Shown here in pieces: positions 46,851 to 56,127 of a stretch of 64,000 bases of DNA. Location: positions 1,278-65,277 of IMG/VR virus record IMGVR_UViG_2562617039_000002, one strand, 5' to 3'. The position numbers were made by a program, and so were the translations under genes. The notes beneath the pieces were generated by a model, which searched no databases, had not been told where the DNA came from, and saw only the letters and a program-made list of their open reading frames with translations. Position 1 is the stretch's first letter. Each line of letters begins with the position of its first letter. The stretch is from a virus. Taxonomy: Duplodnaviria; Caudoviricetes.

Positions 46851-48257
46851 TCATTGGGCTACGGCGTTGGTGGTGAGCCACGCCGGTATTTGCATAGACT
46901 GTTGCGGGTTGTAGTTCGGCTTGTCGCGCACAGCGCCACGAACCGCCTCGCTGGATAGATCGGCCATATGCATGACCATGGCCGCCGCCATACGTTCGGC
47001 ATCGGCTTCCTTGCGCCGGAGGTTGGCGACAACCGCACCTTCCGTTTCGGCCGCAATGAAATGGACATTTACGGGCTGGGTCTGACCAAACCGCCAGAAG
47101 CGACGAACGGCTTGGAATATCTGCTCGAAGCTGTCATTCAGGCCAACAAAGCCCGTATCGGCGCAATGCTGCCAGTTCATCCCGAAACCGGCGATTGACG
47201 GCTTGGTGATCAGAACGCGGATCTTGCCATTCGAGAAATCGACCAACTTTCGGCGCTTATCATCGTCCTTGTCAGATCCAGACAGATTGACGGCGCCGTC
47301 GATTGCCTTGGTGAGCGCGTCGGCCTCGCTGTTGAGATTGCACCACCAGACGAACGGCTTGTCATTAGGCGTCAGGCTGGCAGCAAGTGCGACACGTTCT
47401 TCCACGCTGTCTTTCCGTGCCGAGATGCGTTCCTGCATCGTGCGGGCTTCCATGGGGAACAAAAGACCGGTCTCAAGGCTCGGCGCATATTCGACTTTCA
47501 CCGTGTGCTGATAGTAGGCCAGTGGCGGCAGGTCGTAACCTTCGTTGTCATATCCAAGGTCGGACGGCTTGCGCAGCATGACCGACCAAGACGCCATCCA
47601 TTTCCAGAATTCGGTTTCAGCATGGCCCTTGAGGCGCCATTTCTGTGTCTCGCCGCCGTCATGGGTGAAGAACGTCGCCAGCATGTCGGTGTAGGACATC
47701 ACGCCGAGAAATTCGGCATGGTTGCCGAGCTCCATGAAATCATTCGGTGCCGGCGTTGCTGTGGCGGCTAGACGGAAAGGAATGGTCGAGCATTCCTCGA
47801 TCAAACGATTGCGATATTTGCCGTCTGTGCTTTTCAGGATGCTGCTTTCGTCAAGAACGCAGCCGCCGAACTTGGACAAATCGAAGTGATCCATCTTCTG
47901 GTAGTTGGAGACATTCACGCCCCAGCCCTCATCCGGGTGAAAACTCACCAGGTTAGCCGCGATACCGAACTTGTCGGCCTCCATGATGTGCTGCTCGGCA
48001 ACGGCCAGCGGCGCGAAGATCAGCGTGGGCTTGCCGGTGAACTCGCTCACCTTCTCGCCCCACGTCAGTTCCATAAGCGTCTTACCGAGGCCTGTGCCCG
48101 CGAAAATAGCAGCACGCCCACGTCGCAAAGCCCACCGCACGATATCACGCTGATGTGGCTTTAGCGTGTGGCTTAGTTCTGGAATGTCAGTCATTCCCGT
48201 CACGGGATCGGCAATGACCTTCCCTTGCAGGAAACGCGCGTAGGCGTCCATCCTCAT
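46851..48257 (-). CDS. SNF2-like SF2 helicase
   Basis: LKPHQ, GTGLGKT, LDESS, TATPAPN, QAVRRFWRFGQ. Confidence 0.9.
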   Translation of the reverse strand: MRMDAYARFLQGKVIADPVTGMTDIPELSHTLKPHQRDIVRWALRRGRAAIFAGTGLGKTLMELTWGEKVSEFTGKPTLIFAPLAVAEQHIMEADKFGIAANLVSFHPDEGWGVNVSNYQKMDHFDLSKFGGCVLDESSILKSTDGKYRNRLIEECSTIPFRLAATATPAPNDFMELGNHAEFLGVMSYTDMLATFFTHDGGETQKWRLKGHAETEFWKWMASWSVMLRKPSDLGYDNEGYDLPPLAYYQHTVKVEYAPSLETGLLFPMEARTMQERISARKDSVEERVALAASLTPNDKPFVWWCNLNSEADALTKAIDGAVNLSGSDKDDDKRRKLVDFSNGKIRVLITKPSIAGFGMNWQHCADTGFVGLNDSFEQIFQAVRRFWRFGQTQPVNVHFIAAETEGAVVANLRRKEADAERMAAAMVMHMADLSSEAVRGAVRDKPNYNPQQSMQIPAWLTTNAVAQ

Positions 48258-48310
48258 CTCCTCGTGTTTCGTGGTGGTAACCCGCCAGTTGGTGGCTGGC
48301 GGGGTGTTGG

Positions 48311-48493
48311 TTATAGGCTGGATGCGCCGCCTTGCTGCTCGGCAGCAATCGGGCGGGTTAGGTCGGGAAACCAGTCGTCGTAGGTGGCGACGTCAATCAT
48401 TGCGTCTGCCAGCGAATCCGTTTCTTGCCAATAGGCGTAATAGTCTGGCTCGTCGTCAGGGCCCAGCATAGCCATCCACGGTGCGTAATTCAC
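48311..48493 (-). CDS. Small acidic hypothetical protein
   Basis: GTGA-coupled to the Gp157 stop. Confidence 0.5.
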   Translation of the reverse strand: MNYAPWMAMLGPDDEPDYYAYWQETDSLADAMIDVATYDDWFPDLTRPIAAEQQGGASSL

Positions 48494-49023
48494 GCCGCCC
48501 TCACCGTAAGCGTGGGCTGGCCTTCGCGCAGGACGGCTCCCTTGACGATCTTCCCAGCATCCAGCGCCTCTTTGATAAGTGTCTTGTCAGGCGATTTCAC
48601 AACCTTCAAAAAACGCGCAGGCACAGCGGATTCGTCCACTATCTCAACCCCGGCGCGCCCTTTACCGACCGACACAGTCGCTTCCGGCAGGCTAACTTTG
48701 TTCAGGTCAGCGGCCTTCAACAGGCGCAGCAACAAGGCCCGCATGGCGTCCTTGCGTCTGGTGTATCGATCTTTGCGCGCGGCCAATTCCTTGGCGCGTT
48801 CGCCGATGGCCAGTACCATGCTGTTTGCATCGCGCTCGATGGCCACGATCTTACCGAGCACGCGGTATGCGTCCGTCTCGCCTTCGATTGTGTCGGCGCG
48901 CAGTTCCTCATCTTCGGCCAATTCTGGGTATGCCGCAACCAAGTCGGCGAATTCCCGTTCCAGAACGGTGACATCATAGGCCAGATAGTTCTGTGCTTTC
49001 GTGTTGTCGGCTTTGTTTTGCAT
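48490..49023 (-). CDS. Siphovirus Gp157 family protein
   Basis: DTIEGETD, SPDKTLIKEAL.AG..V.GA.L. Confidence 0.85.
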   Translation of the reverse strand: MQNKADNTKAQNYLAYDVTVLEREFADLVAAYPELAEDEELRADTIEGETDAYRVLGKIVAIERDANSMVLAIGERAKELAARKDRYTRRKDAMRALLLRLLKAADLNKVSLPEATVSVGKGRAGVEIVDESAVPARFLKVVKSPDKTLIKEALDAGKIVKGAVLREGQPTLTVRAA

Positions 49024-49195
49024 TGTTGCTCCTCGTGTTTCGGTGGTTGGTTGGTTAGTCCGGTAGGTAAGTTAACATGCCTCGCGGCGCATCCCGTTAA
49101 TGGATTGGTTTATTTTGATAAACTTAATCCTACTGTTTTAGTGTAATTAATACTTGGATTTAACTGTTGCGCGCTTTGATTGTTTATGTATATTC

Positions 49196-49265
49196 GCGCC
49201 ACTCTTGGGAGGGAGTTAAACCGCCCAGGCGCGCGCCGTCCGCTGCCGGGCGGTTTTTATTTTTT
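49196..49265 (+). ncRNA. Candidate short sRNA carrying UUGGGAGGGAG
   Basis: AT-rich promoter-like region, no start codon after GGGAGG, terminator AAACCGCCC...GGGCGGTTTTTATTTTTT. Confidence 0.4.
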
Positions 49266-49293
49266 CCTGCATATCTGCTATGCGAATTCGCCC

Positions 49294-49322
49294 CTTGCAA
49301 CGCGTGAGTGGGCCGCCTATTT
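49294..49322 (+). promoter_or_regulatory. Sigma70 promoter of the cuckoo sRNA
   Basis: CTTGCA-N17-CTATTT, close to the rhizobial CTTGAC-N17-CTATAT consensus. Confidence 0.75.
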
Positions 49323-49329
49323 ACGCCTC

Positions 49330-49450
49330 GTCCGGTTTTACTCCTCCTCCCAGAAACCGGACCCTAAGCGCGGTACTCCTCCTCCCAACCGCGCTTTTCA
49401 GATCGGCCCGCTTCGCTCCTCCTCCCAATCGCGAAGCGGGCTTTTCTATT
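49330..49450 (+). ncRNA. Cuckoo / alpha-r14 family sRNA (three CCUCCUCCC hairpins)
   Basis: Stems TCCGGTTT/AAACCGGA, AAGCGCGGT/ACCGCGCTT, GCCCGCTTCGC/GCGAAGCGGGC, each with a CTCCTCCC-containing loop; U-tail. Confidence 0.88.
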
Positions 49451-49604
49451 TCATGCAGTTGCGGTGCCTGTTGTTGGCAACCGTTACATTCTGTTATTTC
49501 ACCATTCGCTAATATGCCCATATTCTGGTGCCGCAAACCTTCTCTGGAATGCATCCGCATCGCATGAACCAGAGCCCCCGCCCCAACATGCGATGCGGAA
49601 CTCC

Positions 49605-51329
49605 CTAGAACGGAATATCGTCATCCAATACGTCAGCCAGCCCGGCAGATACTCGACCGTAATTTGATGCCGGCGCATTGTCGTTGCTAGCCTCTGGCAC
49701 GTTGTCATTCGCAACACCCGCAATGGCGTCAACAACTTCCCAGTATTTGCCGTTCGGCTTGACCACGATCTCGGCGGTCGGCAGCAGCTCGTTCTGGCGC
49801 TCCATGAATTCCAGCACGGTTTTCGGGAACGGTGCCTGACCGCCATGCTTTCGCCACCACCTGTCAGACTTTGACTTAAAGAAGCCGGTATGGGCTGGGC
49901 CGAGCCATTCGTTGATTGGCGACATACCAACCCAATAAGACACCTTCACGCTGTCCTGCTTGCCGCCCTTGCCTTCGTGGTATGCAAATGTGCGGCGCTC
50001 CACCTGGCGGGTGCTGGCGTTGTCCTTCGACAGCATCGGCACGTCTTCCGCCTGCGCAGATATCTTCGGCGTTTCATCGACTGGGAATTCATATCCGCAA
50101 TCCGGACAGGTGTGGAGCGAGGCGTGGATCAGTGAGCCGCAGCCTACTAGACCACGATCGTCAGGCTCTTGCGGACATTGCTTCACTGGCGCTTCCCCGT
50201 CACCCTTTTTCATTCCGGGTGGCGTAACCGCATCGATTGGCCCATGCTTGCGAACAACGCCCGCGAAGTCCAGAAACAGGCAGTTCTCCTTGCCGGGATA
50301 AAGGCGCAGGCCACGACCCGCCATCTGGACATAAAGGCCCGCTGATAAAGTCGGGCGACAAAATGCGACCAGATCGATAATCGGTAGGTTCGTGCCGGTT
50401 GTCAGCACCGAGTTGTTCGTCAGCGCCCGGATCTTGCCGGCCTTGAAATCAGCCAGAATCCGGTCCCGCTCTCCGGTCGGGGTATCTCCAGTCACAGTCT
50501 CACAGCTAAATCCCCGGCCCCGAATCTCGTCCCGCATATGCCGGGCATGCTCAACGCCGCTGCAAAAACAAAGCCAAGCCTTTCGCTCAGCACCCGACGC
50601 CGTGCCATATGTGACGATCTCATCCACTACCGAAGCAGTGATGTCGTCCTTGTCGATGGCTGCCTGCAACGCGTTCTGTTTGTAATCGCCGCCCTGCTTC
50701 CCGACGCCTGACAGATCGAAGGCTGTTGCCATGCCCTTTGAAATCGGCCGACAAAGATAGCCTTCCTCGATCATTTCGCCGATCGGCTTTTCAAAGCAGA
50801 TGTCGTCGAAAAGTGCGCCGTCACCTTCAGTCAAAAGCCCCTCGCCCAAGCGATAAGGCGTGGCCGTGAGACCGACCAGCTTCAGGTCTGGATTGATGGC
50901 GCGCAGGCCATCGATCAGCTTGCCGTACTGCGTTTCCGAATTCCGTGGCATTAGGTGTGCCTCATCGACCAAAACGACGTCGATGTGGCCGATCTGCTCC
51001 GCCTTATTTGCGATGGTCTGCACGCCGCCGAATACGATCTGCGCCTTCGCATCACGCCGTCCTACACCAGCCGAGAATATTCCCGCCGGAGCGAAGGGCC
51101 AGATGTTCAGCAGCTCTTGGTAATTTGACAGGATCAGCTCGCGTACATGAGTGCAAACCAATACGCGCATGTCTGGCCAGCCTTCGATAAGTTCTTTGCA
51201 AATCGTACCCAGCACGAGGCTCTTGCCGCCGCCCGTAGGAAGCACGATAAGAGGCGAGCCGGGTTGTTCGCGCCAGTAGTCGTAAAGGCCGTCAACCGCG
51301 GCGCGTTGATAGTCTCTTAGATGGAGCAT
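49605..51329 (-). CDS. DEAD/DEAH SF2 helicase (RadD/YejH-like) with Zn finger
   Basis: LRDYQ, PTGGGKS, DEAH, GLTATPYR, QMAGRGLR; ends DDDIPF. Confidence 0.92.
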   Translation of the reverse strand: MLHLRDYQRAAVDGLYDYWREQPGSPLIVLPTGGGKSLVLGTICKELIEGWPDMRVLVCTHVRELILSNYQELLNIWPFAPAGIFSAGVGRRDAKAQIVFGGVQTIANKAEQIGHIDVVLVDEAHLMPRNSETQYGKLIDGLRAINPDLKLVGLTATPYRLGEGLLTEGDGALFDDICFEKPIGEMIEEGYLCRPISKGMATAFDLSGVGKQGGDYKQNALQAAIDKDDITASVVDEIVTYGTASGAERKAWLCFCSGVEHARHMRDEIRGRGFSCETVTGDTPTGERDRILADFKAGKIRALTNNSVLTTGTNLPIIDLVAFCRPTLSAGLYVQMAGRGLRLYPGKENCLFLDFAGVVRKHGPIDAVTPPGMKKGDGEAPVKQCPQEPDDRGLVGCGSLIHASLHTCPDCGYEFPVDETPKISAQAEDVPMLSKDNASTRQVERRTFAYHEGKGGKQDSVKVSYWVGMSPINEWLGPAHTGFFKSKSDRWWRKHGGQAPFPKTVLEFMERQNELLPTAEIVVKPNGKYWEVVDAIAGVANDNVPEASNDNAPASNYGRVSAGLADVLDDDIPF

Positions 51330-51887
51330 AAATTGATCCCTGAACTTCAAATAAGTGAATGGATTGCTCTTGTGTCTGCCACGGGTGCGATCATCGCTGC
51401 TTCATTTGCGTGGTGGGCTGCGAAACAGGCCAAGCGACAGGCTGATGCGGTCCTCGGCGATGTTCCGCCCTCATTCGGGGCCTATCAACTACCGGACAAC
51501 AAGAAAGACTATAGAAATAGGCTGGCGATTGAGATCGTAAACCATAATAGACTACCCCTATTCCTCCACTCTTTAAGATTAGAGTACCCACGCGGCGCTG
51601 TTATTCATCGCGACACTGACAACACTCGAGACCTGTTACACGCACTCTATGATTCGATCGTCTTAGATAAGACTGAATACTCTTTCGATGTTCCGCTGCG
51701 TTTATCTGGCCGGTTCAATTCCGAATTACCATCCGTTTCGACATCAATATTTAACGTCAGTTATGCATCAAATCAGGACCCATTCGGGTTCGTCGTTGGC
51801 GTAAGAATTCAGTACAAACTTGACGGCGAGAGACATCTTCATACCGCGAATGTCTCTGCCCAATTCGAACCCATCGATCCGGATTAA
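51321..51887 (+). CDS. Membrane-anchored hypothetical protein (antisense cargo)
   Basis: N-terminal TM WIALVSATGAIIAASFAWWAA; lower GC than flanks. Confidence 0.7.
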   Translation: MEHKLIPELQISEWIALVSATGAIIAASFAWWAAKQAKRQADAVLGDVPPSFGAYQLPDNKKDYRNRLAIEIVNHNRLPLFLHSLRLEYPRGAVIHRDTDNTRDLLHALYDSIVLDKTEYSFDVPLRLSGRFNSELPSVSTSIFNVSYASNQDPFGFVVGVRIQYKLDGERHLHTANVSAQFEPIDPD

Positions 51888-52813
51888 TCTCCCCTCACCC
51901 CATCCACCCATATCTCACCCGTCGCCAAACGATAGGTAACCGTCTCCGCGACCTCATCGGCATCGATCTGCTCGCCATTTATCAGCCCACAAAGGTAGAG
52001 ATGCGCCGGGCACCCGTCGCGTTGCTCGTCGATCGACAAAGGCTTGTTCCAGCGCGCACATGACATGTGGCAGTCGCCGCCATGCTCTGGCTGGACGTGC
52101 AGGCAGGTGCGGCAGTTGACGCGCGGCTGCACGCCTTCGTGGCAAACGCCCCGGTGTTTGCAGAACATGCAGCCGAAGAACTCCGGATCTTCGCTGATAC
52201 GGCTGGGCGGCTCGTCCGAAAACACGATGCGTTCGCAGCGTGCCAGCAGCCGAAGGCAGAATTCGACGTCGTATTCAATGCGCTCGGCATAAAGCGTATC
52301 GGTGTTCTTGCACGACGCCAGATACAAGCAGCGCGTCAGTCCAAAAGCCTGCATTCCAAGCTGGCACTGGGCGTAGTGAAGTGGCTTAGCCTTCTGGCAG
52401 CCGCGCTTCTGAAGTTCCTTGATGCCCTTCTCGTTGCTCGATTTGAATTCCAGCAGGTGTTCAGTCTTCGGCGCTTCTGGCACACCCATTGCTTTGCCGT
52501 CGCACTTGCCGCGCACAAAACCCGACACCAGCCTGATTTTGTCCTGCTGTCCGTAGACGTCGACGCCGATGCGTTCGAGGTCGGCGACCAATCGATCTTC
52601 CTCGATATTGCCAGTGGCAAAAAGGCGAAGCTGGCGGCCCGAATGAACCTCGTGCGCCGACACCCAGCGGAAGCCATACCACAGGGCTCTATCACATTCC
52701 GTGCCCGCCTCGCCCACGCTGATGCCCCACGAGTCCCAGGACTTAACCTGGGCCTCGTAAGCAGCGTAGATGGCGCGGACGGTACTGGATTCGGCTTTTG
52801 GGAGGGGAGCCAT
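51884..52813 (-). CDS. Cas4-like PD-(D/E)XK exonuclease
   Basis: G..CDR.LWY.FRW, GKCDG, LEFKS, HYAQCQ, C.FC...VC, CRTC. Confidence 0.85.
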   Translation of the reverse strand: MAPLPKAESSTVRAIYAAYEAQVKSWDSWGISVGEAGTECDRALWYGFRWVSAHEVHSGRQLRLFATGNIEEDRLVADLERIGVDVYGQQDKIRLVSGFVRGKCDGKAMGVPEAPKTEHLLEFKSSNEKGIKELQKRGCQKAKPLHYAQCQLGMQAFGLTRCLYLASCKNTDTLYAERIEYDVEFCLRLLARCERIVFSDEPPSRISEDPEFFGCMFCKHRGVCHEGVQPRVNCRTCLHVQPEHGGDCHMSCARWNKPLSIDEQRDGCPAHLYLCGLINGEQIDADEVAETVTYRLATGEIWVDGVRGD

Positions 52814-52992
52814 TATGTTGCGCTCCCTTCCTGCAAATGCTCCACCCACTGTTGCGCCGCTTCCTGCGTGCTAAACGCACCAGATACGATACGTGAACGC
52901 ATTCCCTCCGAAGTTGGGTATGTCTCGATGACGCGATATGGACGCGCCGTGTCTGGCGATACCTGCTTCATGACCATGAAGATGCTATTCAT
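52813..52992 (-). CDS. Small hypothetical protein (59 aa, not in ORF track)
   Basis: MNSIFMVMKQVSPDTARPYRVIETYP...; coupled on both sides. Confidence 0.6.
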   Translation of the reverse strand: MNSIFMVMKQVSPDTARPYRVIETYPTSEGMRSRIVSGAFSTQEAAQQWVEHLQEGSAT

Positions 52993-53204
52993 ACCGGGTA
53001 GTCCTCCACGGTATGGCCGAGGTGCTCCAAAATGTGCCGGTAAACGTCATCTTCTTGGTAAGACACACCATCGTAACAATGGGCGCTTGGCTGCACATCC
53101 AGCACAAGCAGTCCGTCGATATAGACGCGCGCGCCTTCAGCCCATGACGGGCCGCAGGTTTCGCAATCGTGGGTGTCGCCAAGCCACTCAATGCTGATTT
53201 TCAC
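52989..53204 (-). CDS. Hypothetical protein
   Basis: GTGA coupling; HDCETCG motif. Confidence 0.6.
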   Translation of the reverse strand: MKISIEWLGDTHDCETCGPSWAEGARVYIDGLLVLDVQPSAHCYDGVSYQEDDVYRHILEHLGHTVEDYPV

Positions 53205-53380
53205 GTAATCACCTCCAACTCGCGCAACAGACATTTGACGAACGGCATCAGGTTGGACGCCTCGTGGATTTCGACTTCGTATTCGCCATCTTCTGAAAAC
53301 GCGATTTCGGTCACACCTTCATGGCGCAGCGCATATTCAATGGCGTTGAAGATTGCGGTTTCGGGGATTGTCGCTGCCAT
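53201..53380 (-). CDS. Hypothetical protein
   Basis: Follows dnaN with GAGGG RBS. Confidence 0.55.
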   Translation of the reverse strand: MAATIPETAIFNAIEYALRHEGVTEIAFSEDGEYEVEIHEASNLMPFVKCLLRELEVIT

Positions 53381-53382
53381 GC

Positions 53383-54423
53383 TTAGACCCTCATCGGCAT
53401 AAGCACGCCCGTCCACTCGCCCTCGCCCTTGACGACGGCAGGCGAGCCTGCATCGCCGAGAGCAAAGCGCACGTTTGCTTCATCCAACGCGCCAAGCATG
53501 TCGTTGACGTACCGGGCGTTAAAGCCGATTTCCAAAGGCTCGCCCTCGAATTCAATCGAAACTTCATCGCTAGCCTTGTCAGCCAGCATCAGTCGCAGCA
53601 CATCGCCGACCGCGAATTTCACGGCTCGCGATTTGTCATCCGCAACCGCGGCGACACGCTCGACGGCCTTCATGAGCGCCTGCCGGTCGACGCTAAGCAC
53701 GTTCGCATTGCCGGTTGGAATGACGCGCACATAGTCAGGGAACGTGCCGTCGATCAGCTTGGAAGTGATAACCGTTGAGCCAGACGTGACGCGCACCTTG
53801 TTCTGCGACAGTTCAACGGTAACCGCGCCCTTCGGTAGTAACCCGACCATCTTACGCGGCAGGATCACACCGTAGTCCAAGTCGCCGGTGGGGCCGACAT
53901 TGCGCATCAGCCGGTGCCCGTCAGTTGCGACAGCAACCAAGCGGCCGTCAACGGCATGCAGATAAACGCCATTGAGGTAATAGCGGGTTTCTTCGGTCGA
54001 AATGCAGTGCACACAAGGCGCAACAAGCGCAGCCAGATCCAGCTCAAGGGTTGTGTCGAACTTCCCTGCACTGAAGGACGGAAAGTCCTCAACGGGCAAA
54101 ACGTCGAGCTTGTAACGGCTGCGACCAGACGCGACGGTAAGGCGGCCGTCATCTAAGGCAAGCGATATGTCGCCCGTCACGCGCTTGGCGATATCCGCAA
54201 GCATCTTGCCGGGAACGGTCACGCTACCGGGCTGGCAGTCGAGCACCGGCAGACTGGTCGTTATCTCCACGTCCAGATCAGTGCCTGTCAGGCGCAACTG
54301 GCCGTCCTCGACCGCCAAGAGCACGTTGGCGAGAATGGGGATTGTGTTTCGGCTTTCGATAGCACGGTTGACGGTTGCCAAGGCGTGCGCGAGCTGTGAG
54401 CGGTCAATGCTGACTCTCATCAA
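53383..54423 (-). CDS. dnaN: DNA polymerase III beta sliding clamp, phage-encoded
   Basis: TIPILANVL, TGTDL, ETRYYLNGV, VATDGHRL, LIDGTFPDY.RVIP, IGFNARY, VLMPMRV. Confidence 0.95.
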   Translation of the reverse strand: MMRVSIDRSQLAHALATVNRAIESRNTIPILANVLLAVEDGQLRLTGTDLDVEITTSLPVLDCQPGSVTVPGKMLADIAKRVTGDISLALDDGRLTVASGRSRYKLDVLPVEDFPSFSAGKFDTTLELDLAALVAPCVHCISTEETRYYLNGVYLHAVDGRLVAVATDGHRLMRNVGPTGDLDYGVILPRKMVGLLPKGAVTVELSQNKVRVTSGSTVITSKLIDGTFPDYVRVIPTGNANVLSVDRQALMKAVERVAAVADDKSRAVKFAVGDVLRLMLADKASDEVSIEFEGEPLEIGFNARYVNDMLGALDEANVRFALGDAGSPAVVKGEGEWTGVLMPMRV

Positions 54424-54480
54424 AGTCTCCTCGTGTTCGGTGGTAGAAGGCGCGGTTGGTAACCGCGCCTGTTGTTAAGC

Positions 54481-55032
54481 TTAGCCCCAAGGTCGCTTCT
54501 TGCCTGCCGCAGCAGCCGCTGGCGCTGGCTTGTTGCTGTTAGCCGCAGCCGGTCGGTTGTCATTGGCCGGGCGGGCCTGCGCTACGGGCTGGTTGGCGTC
54601 GATCGAAGGCTGGGGGACGTTGCCCTCATCGGGGAAGTAGTACTTCTTGATCTCGGCGCGAGCCGGGTATTGGCCGTCCTTGGAAGGCTTTCCGAGACCA
54701 ATCTTTGCCGTAAACGCCTTGAAGTGCAGTTCTTCGGAATCCTCGACTTCCGAGACGCCGATCGCTCGGCAAAGGCTCGCGAACTGACGCTGGCCGATCT
54801 CTTGCGCCTGCGCGTTCTTGTGTTCCAGATTGTAGAAATTGAAGACCTTGCGGCCCTTGTATTCCTCAGGGCGAAGAACCGTCATCGTTGTCTTGAGGCC
54901 GGTACCGTTTGCGCCTTCCTTGACCTCCGACGCCTCGATTTCCAGTTCATAGTCGCCGTTCGGCAGCTCTTCGTAGTCCCGCTGCTCCGTATCGTGAGCA
55001 GTCGCATCAAATCTGCTGGCTAGTTTTGCCAT
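54481..55032 (-). CDS. DUF669-family single-stranded DNA-binding protein
   Basis: LPNGDYELEI, GRKVF..YNL, EIGQRQFASLCRAIG. Confidence 0.8.
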   Translation of the reverse strand: MAKLASRFDATAHDTEQRDYEELPNGDYELEIEASEVKEGANGTGLKTTMTVLRPEEYKGRKVFNFYNLEHKNAQAQEIGQRQFASLCRAIGVSEVEDSEELHFKAFTAKIGLGKPSKDGQYPARAEIKKYYFPDEGNVPQPSIDANQPVAQARPANDNRPAAANSNKPAPAAAAAGKKRPWG

Positions 55033-55075
55033 CTGTCATTTCCTCGTGTTGTTGGTGGTGTGGTAGCGGCGAGAC

Positions 55076-55318
55076 TTAAGCCTTCGCCCGATGAATAGCC
55101 GGGCGGAAGAACCCACCGATGAAACCAAGCGAAGCGCCGATCTGCCACATCGCAAGGCCCGCCGCGTTGATGCCAACGGCGGCAAGGAACGCATGGATCG
55201 TTTCTGCGAAAAACAGGCCCACGACCCAGCCGACGAACGCGCCACCGAGAACGCCGATGAGCGGTGCGAAGAAGAGGATGGCCGCGATTGCGACAAGGCC
55301 AGCTAGAGCTTTTTCCAT
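55076..55318 (-). CDS. Small membrane protein
   Basis: Highly hydrophobic, GG.F.GW.VG, GA.LGFIGGFF. Confidence 0.75.
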   Translation of the reverse strand: MEKALAGLVAIAAILFFAPLIGVLGGAFVGWVVGLFFAETIHAFLAAVGINAAGLAMWQIGASLGFIGGFFRPAIHRAKA

Positions 55319-56127
55319 TAGGCGGCCTCCCTCTGGTCATTGTCGTTGGCAACGTCGAGGTATTTTGAAAGCTCCTCGAAGCCATGCCCCTGCCGATAAG
55401 GAATGGTGGCCGGTGCACCTTTCAACCGGTTCTTCGCCAAGAACCCGGCCCGCTCATCTGTATGGATGACGCGTTCTGCGCCAGACATCCCCTCTGGCTT
55501 ATTCTTCTTTTCGCCGCCGAAGCCTTCCTTCACTTGCTTTACGGACGTGCGGCGGTTGAGAAATAGAAGCGCCTTACAGTTTTCGATGACGAGATCGAGA
55601 GCCCTCTTCTGCAATTTCGGGCGATATCGATCATACGAATCCACAAGAGGATCATTGAACGACTTAGCTTCACTGTGCAGGATCTGAATTACAAACAGTC
55701 CTGCCCGGTTTAGCGCAGCGATAGCCTCGTGGTATTCTTTCCATTCGACGTCCGCGGCGAGGTAACCCTTGCCAAAAGCTGTCGGGGAGCCCTTGTCGTT
55801 GCTATCGATGGAATCCCATCCGTTTCGCGCGCAGGTCGCAGCCCAAACCATCGGCTCGATCTTATCGACCGAATCCAGAATGACAGTCTGAAATTCGTGT
55901 TCTTCGGTCAGAATTTCTCCGAAAGTATCCAGAAGGTCGCTGAACGAAGTGATTTCAGCACTTGGTAGGTCGATGCCGTCTGGCGGCTCCTCGCCTTCAA
56001 CATAAAGATAGATCGGCTTTGGGAACTCAGCAGCAAGACTGGTTTTTCCGACGCCGGGCGTGCCGTAAATGGCAATCGACGGTGGCGTCTTGCGTTTACT
56101 GGACTTCAATCTGTCAAAAACAGACAT
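55318..56127 (-). CDS. AAA_24 / Sak4-like ATPase (recombination)
   Basis: IYGTPGVGKTSLA, TVILDSVD, FLAKNR. Confidence 0.88.
   Translation of the reverse strand: MSVFDRLKSSKRKTPPSIAIYGTPGVGKTSLAAEFPKPIYLYVEGEEPPDGIDLPSAEITSFSDLLDTFGEILTEEHEFQTVILDSVDKIEPMVWAATCARNGWDSIDSNDKGSPTAFGKGYLAADVEWKEYHEAIAALNRAGLFVIQILHSEAKSFNDPLVDSYDRYRPKLQKRALDLVIENCKALLFLNRRTSVKQVKEGFGGEKKNKPEGMSGAERVIHTDERAGFLAKNRLKGAPATIPYRQGHGFEELSKYLDVANDNDQREAA

Noticed and set aside
49070-49165. CtrA boxes in the TTAA-rich region upstream of Gp157
   Set aside because: Several TTAA, but none with the required 7-nt spacing
49330-49450. Three CTCCTCCTCCC repeats as a mini CRISPR array
   Set aside because: Repeats are about 11 nt and are hairpin loops; they fit a cuckoo sRNA
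51884-52813. Cas4-like nuclease as evidence of CRISPR-Cas
   Set aside because: No repeat-spacer array or other cas genes; it sits in a standard Sak4/SSB recombination module
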